From Chrysomallon squamiferum (Eukaryota > Animalia > Mollusca): a stretch of DNA of 64,000 nucleotides. The position numbers and the translations under genes were made by a program. Within the stretch, counting starts at the first letter, position 1. Every line of letters begins with the position of its first letter. The stretch is taken from contig CM022677.1 in the NCBI GenBank assembly GCA_012295275.1, forward strand, positions 15,190,001-15,254,000. The letters are read 5' to 3'. Shown here piece by piece: positions 57,591 through 64,000 of this stretch. The notes under the pieces were generated by a model. The model made no database searches. It worked only from the letters and a program-made list of their open reading frames with translations, and was not told the origin of the DNA.

Positions 57591-57677
57591 TCTGTCAAAC
57601 TGGTTTGACACATTGACTGTAACACATATACTACACGCTCAGACTGGAAAACTGGCCTCACAGGTTCAAAGGGTTAA

Positions 57678-58170
57678 TATATTTAACCTCTCAAGTTCAA
57701 ATACATCATCAGTGATTAAACCACTCTATTCTTTTTCTTCCATAATAATAAAATCTTTATCAGCTGTTCTACTGTTGAAGTCACCAATAAGACAGATTGT
57801 GTTACACTTATTAACAAATGACAAATATACATTTTCAGGCTGGTCAAAATCATCATCAGATGAATAATATGAATTCTCTGGTGGAATATATACAATACAA
57901 TTAAAATGTTATCATCTGTGTGTAAAACCCTGCTTTCTGTGTCCAGCCACATAATACATTTACTCTGTGATTCGACAATATTTATTTTAGTAGATAATGT
58001 TTTTATATATAGCTACACCCCCAGATTTACAATGAGATAAAGAAACTGTTTTTAGCATATGCTTTATAATAAAGAATATTAATTAGTGATGGTTTCAAGT
58101 ATCTCTGAGCTTACTTATCAAACCTCACACATTAATCTTATTAGTTTTAAAACTTAAGGGTTTACTTCTT
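57678..58170 (-). mobile_element. LINE ORF2 apurinic-like endonuclease remnant
   Basis: INV*GLISKL, KSGGVAIY, VLYIPPENSYY, ICLIGDFNSRT (57765-57795). Truncated at the piggyBac TTAA. Confidence 0.85.
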
Positions 58171-58309
58171 TATGATTTTTGTGTGGGGTATTTTTACAAA
58201 TGAGACAGTTTTCTGACATTTGCTCAGCACTGTTTTCACTTGGTAAAACTTGTCCTCCTCCATTGTTGTATTGCACAGAGTGAACTGACTTGTCTCAGTC
58301 ACAGTTTGG

Positions 58310-60575
58310 TTTGTGTTGTGTGATCTCTGTTGTCTGAGTTGTTATGTTTGTGTTGTGTGATCTCTGTTGTCTTGTTTCTGTTGGCTGAGTTGTTATGTTT
58401 GTGTTGTGTGATCTCTGTTGTCTTGTTTCTGTTGACTGAGTTGTTATGTTTGTGTTGTGTGAGCTCTGTTGTTTTGTTTCTGTTGGCTGAGTTGTTATGT
58501 TTGTGTTGTGTGATCTCTGTTGTCTTGTTTCTGTTGACTGAGTTGTTATGTTTGTGTTGTGTGAGCTCTGTTGTCTTGTTTCTGTTGGCTGAGTTGCTAT
58601 GTTTGTGTTGTGTGATCTCTGTTGTCTTGTTTCTGTTGACTGAGTTGTTATGTTTGTGTTGTGTGAGCTCTGTTGTCTTGTTTCTGTTGGCTGAGTTGTT
58701 ATGTTTGTGTTGTGTGATCTCTGTTGTCTTGTTTCTGTTGTCTGAGTTGTTATGTTTGTGTTGTGTGATCTCTGTTGTCTTGTTTCTGTTGGCTGAGTTG
58801 TTATGTTTGTGTTGTGTGATCTCTGTTGTCTTGTTTCTGTTGACTGAGTTGTTATGTTTGTGTTGTGTGAGCTCTGTTGTCTTGTTTCTGTTGGCTGAGT
58901 TGTTATGTTTTGTGTTGCTGTGATCTCTGTTGTCTTGTTTCTGTTGACTGAGTTGTTATGTTTGTGTTGTGTGATCTCTATTGTCTTGTTTCTGTTGACT
59001 GAATTGTTATGTTTGTGTTGTGTGATCTCTGTTGTCTTGTTTCTGTTGGCTGAGTTGTTACGTTTGTGTTGTGTGATCTCTGTTGGCTGAGTTGTTATGT
59101 TTGTGTTGTGTGATCTCTGTTGTCTTGTTTCTGTTGGCTGAGTTGTTATGTTTGTGTTGTGTGATCTCTGTTGTCTTGTTTCTGTTGACTGAGTTGTTAT
59201 GTTTGTGTTTGTGAGCTCTGTTGTTTTGTTTCTGTTGGCTGAGTTGTTATGTTTGTGTTGTGTGATCTCTGTTGTCTTGTTTCTGTTGACTGAGTTGTTA
59301 TGTTTGTGTTGTGTGAGCTCTGTTGTCTTGTTTCTGTTGGCTGAATTGCTATGTTTGTGTTGTGTGATCTCTGTTGTCTTGTTTCTGTTGACTGAGTTGT
59401 TATGTTTGTGTTGTGTGAGCTCTGTTGTCTTGTTTCTGTTGGCTGAGTTGTTATGTTTGTGTTGTGTGATCTCTGTTGTCTTGTTTCTGTTGTCTGAGTT
59501 GTTATGTTTGTGTTGTGTGATCTCTGTTGTCTTGTTTCTGTTGGCTGAGTTGTTATGTTTGTGTTGTGTGATCTCTGTTGTCTTGTTTCTGTTGACTGAG
59601 TTGTTATGTTTGTGTTGTGTGAGCTCTGTTGTCTTGTTTCTGTTGGCTGAGTTGTTATGTTTGTGTTGCTGTGATCTCTGTTGTCTTGTTTCTGTTGACT
59701 GAGTTGTTATGTTTGTGTTGTGTGATCTCTATTGTCTTGTTTCTGTTGACTGAATTGTTATGTTTGTGTTGTGTGATCTCTGTTGTCTTGTTTCTGTTGG
59801 CTGAGTTGTTACGTTTGTGTTGTGTGATCTCTGTTGGCTGAGTTGTTATGTTTGTGTTGTGTGATCTCTTGTCTTGTTTCTGTTGGCTGAGTTGTTATGT
59901 TTGTGTTGTGTGATCTCTGTTGTCTTGTTTCTGTTGGCTGAGTTGTTATGTTTGTGTTGTGTGAGCTCTGTTGTCTTGTTTCTGTTGGCTGAGTTGTTAT
60001 GTTTGTGTTGTGTGATCTCTGTTGGCTGAGTTGTTATGTTTGTGTTGTGTGATCTCTGTTGTCTTGTTTCTGTTGGCTGAGTTGTTATGTTTGTGTTGTG
60101 TGATCTCTGTTGTCTTGTTTCTGTTGACTGAGTTGTTATGTTTGTGTTGTGTGAGCTCTGTTGTCTTGTTTCTGTTGGCTGAGTTGTTATGTTTGTGTTG
60201 TGTGATCTCTGTTGTCTTGTTTCTGTTGGCTGAGTAGTTATGTTTGTGTTGTGTGATCTCTGTTGTCTGAGTTGTTATGTTTGTGTTGTGTGATCTCTGT
60301 TGTCTTGTTTCTGTTGGCTGAGTTGTTATGTTTGTGTTGTGTGATCTCTGTTGTCTTGTTTCTGTTGGCTGAGTTGTTACGTTTGTGTTGTGTGATCTCT
60401 GTTGGCTGAGTTGTTATGTTTGTGTTGTGTGATCTCTGTTGTCTTGTTTCTGTTGGCTGAATTGTTATGTTTGTGTTGTGTGATCTCTGTTGTCTTGTTT
60501 ATGTTGGCTGAGTTGTTATGTTTGTGTTGTGTGATCTCTGTTGTCTTGTTTCTGTTGTCCGAGTTATGTTTGTGT
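58310..60575. repeat. 51-bp G/T-rich minisatellite, roughly 45 units
   Basis: Unit gttggctgagttgttatgtttgtgttgtgtgatctctgttgtcttgtttct, with shorter deletion variants. Confidence 0.97.
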
Positions 60576-61569
60576 TACTGGCTTCTGTCCCATCCTCTCC
60601 TAGTGTAAACAGCCTGCCCTCGATATACAGTGTATCACCATTTAAGGCCAGTCTTTTCCCTTGCAGGTTTGTAATGTGGATGTAGTAATTTTCTCCTGTC
60701 ATTAATTTCTTTCAGGAATTGTTCATTAACCCCATATGGCTTGTTTATCAGTGTTTTGGGTGCAGCTCTTCTCACTATTTCTCTGATATATATAAAATGA
60801 ATTTTAGGCCTTATAGATCCATCAGACTTCCTCCCCAGTTGTTCACTCTGTGAAATCAATATTATCTTCTACTTTCATTTCATTTTTTATAAACCTTTTC
60901 AACTCCTCATCTGTGTCTTTCTCTGGTATCCCACTAAAGATTAAATTGTGGCGTATGAAGCGAGTTTGTAGGTCATTATGTTTTTCTCTTGAGATTCTAA
61001 ATTCAGTTTTTCATTCACATATTTGTTGTTTCATACTGTTATTATTATTGCTTATTTCATGAGTAGAACTGTTCATATCTAAGACAACAGATTTCAAATC
61101 TCGAAGATTTTTTTATTCCTTTCAAATTGTCATATCTTGTACTTTTTTCTTAATATCAATCATTTTACCACTGATATCTTATACAGTTATTTCCATACTA
61201 TTCAGTCGTTTTTCGATGATGTCCAATTGTTCAGTTGATCACACATTATATCTAACTTTCTAGTCAAAGTATCTGATTTTATACTGACATCTTGATTGTG
61301 CACAACTGGTGAAATTAACCCAGAACTCTGACTGGGATCATTAGGTTTGTCCGTATTGTCCATACTGTGACTGCTGACACTGTTGAATTGGTGCTGACTG
61401 ATAAAATGGTGCAGATGAACATCTCGTTATTCTGTGTATTTGACATCCTTGTAATAGTGACTTCTTGACCAGCTTGGCTGTTGCTTACCCTTATTTTCTG
61501 TTCACTTTCTCCACTTACAGTTTTAATCTTATTTTTTCTCTTTTTACCTTTTTTGCTTTCATGTTGCAT
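60576..61569 (-). mobile_element. LINE ORF1 remnant (coiled coil plus L1-type RRM/CTD, transposase_22-like)
   Basis: DLQTRFIRHNLIFSGIPEK, RPK, YGVNEQFLKEINDRRKLLHP, GDTLYIEGRLF, with many stops and frameshifts. Same strand as and upstream of the endonuclease. Clade not determined. Confidence 0.85.
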
Positions 61570-63739
61570 ACTAACATATATTTAGCAATAATTTACATTG
61601 ATAAAACAGAGAGAATACCTTTAATACTAATAAACATCATATATTTTCACAGAGACATAACTTTCATTTCCACGCATGTGTGAGTGCAATCTAATGGAAG
61701 TAATGGTTACTCGTGTTAAAAACATTAAATGATCAATTTTTATTTTTTTATTTTATTTTTTATTATTTTATTCTTACATGTTTTTGTCCTTTTTTATGAA
61801 AGCTAATTTTCATTATCTGTGAAATAATTTTTATTTTATTCTGTGAAATCAGTTTTAATATGAAATCAACCAATAGTATAATTCATTAATAACAGCTTTG
61901 GAATACATACATATTGAATTCATATTTGGATATTATTCTTACTTCAAAATGTTTTCTTTTAACAGCATTGAGTAACTAACGGTATTACAATATTACACTC
62001 AGAAAGTAAGAAATAATTACAGCAAGTCATTTTCATGGATAATTTCTGATTCTTGTTACTAATTTCTAATTTGACCACATATGCAATCATAAAAGTTAAG
62101 AATACAAACATTACAAATCCTTACTAATGTTGTATTAAGCTAAAACATAATGATAATATAATCTAAACAGTTATAATATTGTAATTTTATTTTTAACTTC
62201 TTAAAATTATTTCAGTCAGAAAGGATTTTTAAATTCTAACTGTTTAGAACAGAACCAAAACAAAAAAATCATTATATACAACATTACATTAAAACATATT
62301 TTATTCACTTTATACAAGTAAATTCAGCAAGTTAATTAATTTTCTATTATATGGTCCATGAATTCATTTTTCTCTTTTTTTTTTCTTTTTACACACTTAT
62401 TTTAATTTTTACTTTTGCACTTTACTTTCAAAAAATGTCACATTTGCTTACAACATACATATATATTTTGTTTTCTAATATTCAAGATTGTTAATTTAAT
62501 TTCAACATTATTTATTTATTTATTATGATGATGTTGACCATATTTATGAATAATGATGATGATAAAAACAATAGAAAAGTCATTTTGGTATTTTATTTTG
62601 TAAATCACTGTTACCCCAGTGCAGTAGGTTTCCCAGCCCTGTATCAAGTACAAGGTACACACCTAGAATTGTATGTGTGTTGCTCCTAGAGTGACAAGAA
62701 TGTCATGAAAATTAGTTTTATGTTTGGTGGTGAGTAATCTACTCAAAATAATACTCAAGCAAATAATATTGTTTTGAGTTATTAAGTGATCTGCACTTTA
62801 ATAGCTAAAGTATAATCTTTTATTCTGTATTTTGTATTTATTACTATTTGCATGTAATATATAAAAGAGCATTTTGAGAGTTAATTTAATGTTTTCACTA
62901 GGATTTATTTATGTTTCAGTATTTTTAAGTTAAACTTTGTTTTATTCAGAGCCTGAAATATGATCAAGAAATGATTTATTGTTATTTCATTTATGTTAAT
63001 GGTGTATTTTAGTAATGGATCTAGATGAGTGATTTTAGGAAATCTGTAGAACAGTTTGTTTAGGAAATTCCAAGCTTTACTTAATAATTATATCAGGGTT
63101 TATTAATCAGTTTTAGAAATATTAATATAGCTATTTAAATATACTAATTCATTTTGTATTCATGCTTCAGTCAAATGTGTTCAACTGCATTTATCTTTTT
63201 TCTTCTGAGAAATTATAAGAAAATTGTCAGGATTTTTTCAGATTAAATTAACATTGAATTAAATTTAAATATTTGTCTTCTTTGATGATTTTATTTTTAT
63301 ATACTGATAATTTTATATACATTTTTCATAAAGCATGTCTATTTGCTTGATATTTTAAATGATGTTAAAGTCAGATAGTACAGAATCAATGTAATAATGG
63401 TTTATGCACCAACAGACCTTGTAATAATTTACATGCCAGTCTAATAGAGCAGTGAACAGAACAGTTGTATGAATTTGTAATTTGCTATTCTTAATATCTC
63501 TAATCTCAGAAAAAAGATAGATTTAATCCAGGTGAAAGATATTTACAATATTAATCTGATTGAAATTAAGAATATAAAAACCTTTTCATTTTAAATTGTA
63601 TGGAAAAATACAAATTTGGACTAAAATTCTTCTTGATAAGAAAGTGAAATGCAGTTAGAGCTCACAACAAATGCTTCTTTCACTTTAATTTGAATTCAGT
63701 TTGCATAGAGGTGTTAATTTTTATAATCATCTTATTTTT

Positions 63740-64000
63740 ATATTATTTAAATCAGGGGAAAATCAGGGTTTTGCAAGGGGTAATCAGTTTTTAAATATAT
63801 TTAAAATTTTGTAATTAGAAGTAATTAGAATTTTTTTTATAAAAACAAATACACAAAAAACATTTCTTCTATCTTTTTCTTTATTATTATTTAAATCAGG
63901 GGCAATCAAGGGTTTGCTCGGGGTAATCAATGTAAATATAACTGAAGATTATGTAATTATGGGTAATTAGTATTTTTTTTTTTTTTATAAAAACAAAAGT
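63740..64000 (+). repeat. Two diverged tandem units of about 140 bp, possibly continuing beyond the window
   Basis: tattatttaaatcagggg...ggggtaatca...gtaattag..ttttataaaa repeated. Confidence 0.65.

Larger units (their letters stand above)
55960..57673 (-). mobile_element. piggyBac remnant (5' terminus and transposase N-terminus) interrupted by an integrase fragment
   Basis: On the minus strand TTAA|CCCTTTGAACC at 57677-57663. Acidic MSDSEDENE.. tract then FSPKEPLSPKNIP..SPADLLMLFWNVDLWQLFVFETN (56378-55965), which resembles PGBD N-termini. Contains stops. Confidence 0.7.

Noticed and set aside
58330-60608. Cys-rich hydrophobic plus-strand ORFs resembling membrane proteins
   Set aside because: Antisense reading of the 51-bp minisatellite, with non-ATG starts and frameshifts.

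Overview
AT-rich, microsatellite-dense animal genomic DNA with spliceosomal introns. A mollusc or other lophotrochozoan is my inference only. There is one 200-N scaffold gap at 38034-38233, and I saw no prokaryotic features, tRNA, rRNA or CRISPR. The dominant structure is a ~21 kb inverted repeat (27720-38033 versus 40697-48666). It sits inside older, patchier inverted homology (about 24300-27657 versus 51302-53530). Its outer edges are exactly the termini of two copies of a Buster-type hAT element. The right copy has a perfect 8-bp TSD, while the left copy's outer end abuts a different nnnTAnnn site, which suggests a transposase-made breakpoint. Gene content is mostly fragments or decaying copies: 5' exons of an unidentified minus-strand gene, an orphan CUB-domain exon, a degenerate multi-exon ankyrin-repeat gene, an intronless 5'-truncated prolyl 4-hydroxylase alpha copy with intact catalytic residues and one frameshift, and a possible DEDDh exonuclease exon. 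Mobile DNA includes a pogo-like remnant with a PHD finger, several MITE/foldback elements, and a LINE > piggyBac > Ginger2-type integrase nest. The LINE ORF1 tail carries a 2.3 kb 51-bp minisatellite. All alignments and translations were done by eye, and the palindrome's orientation depends on the scaffold gap.
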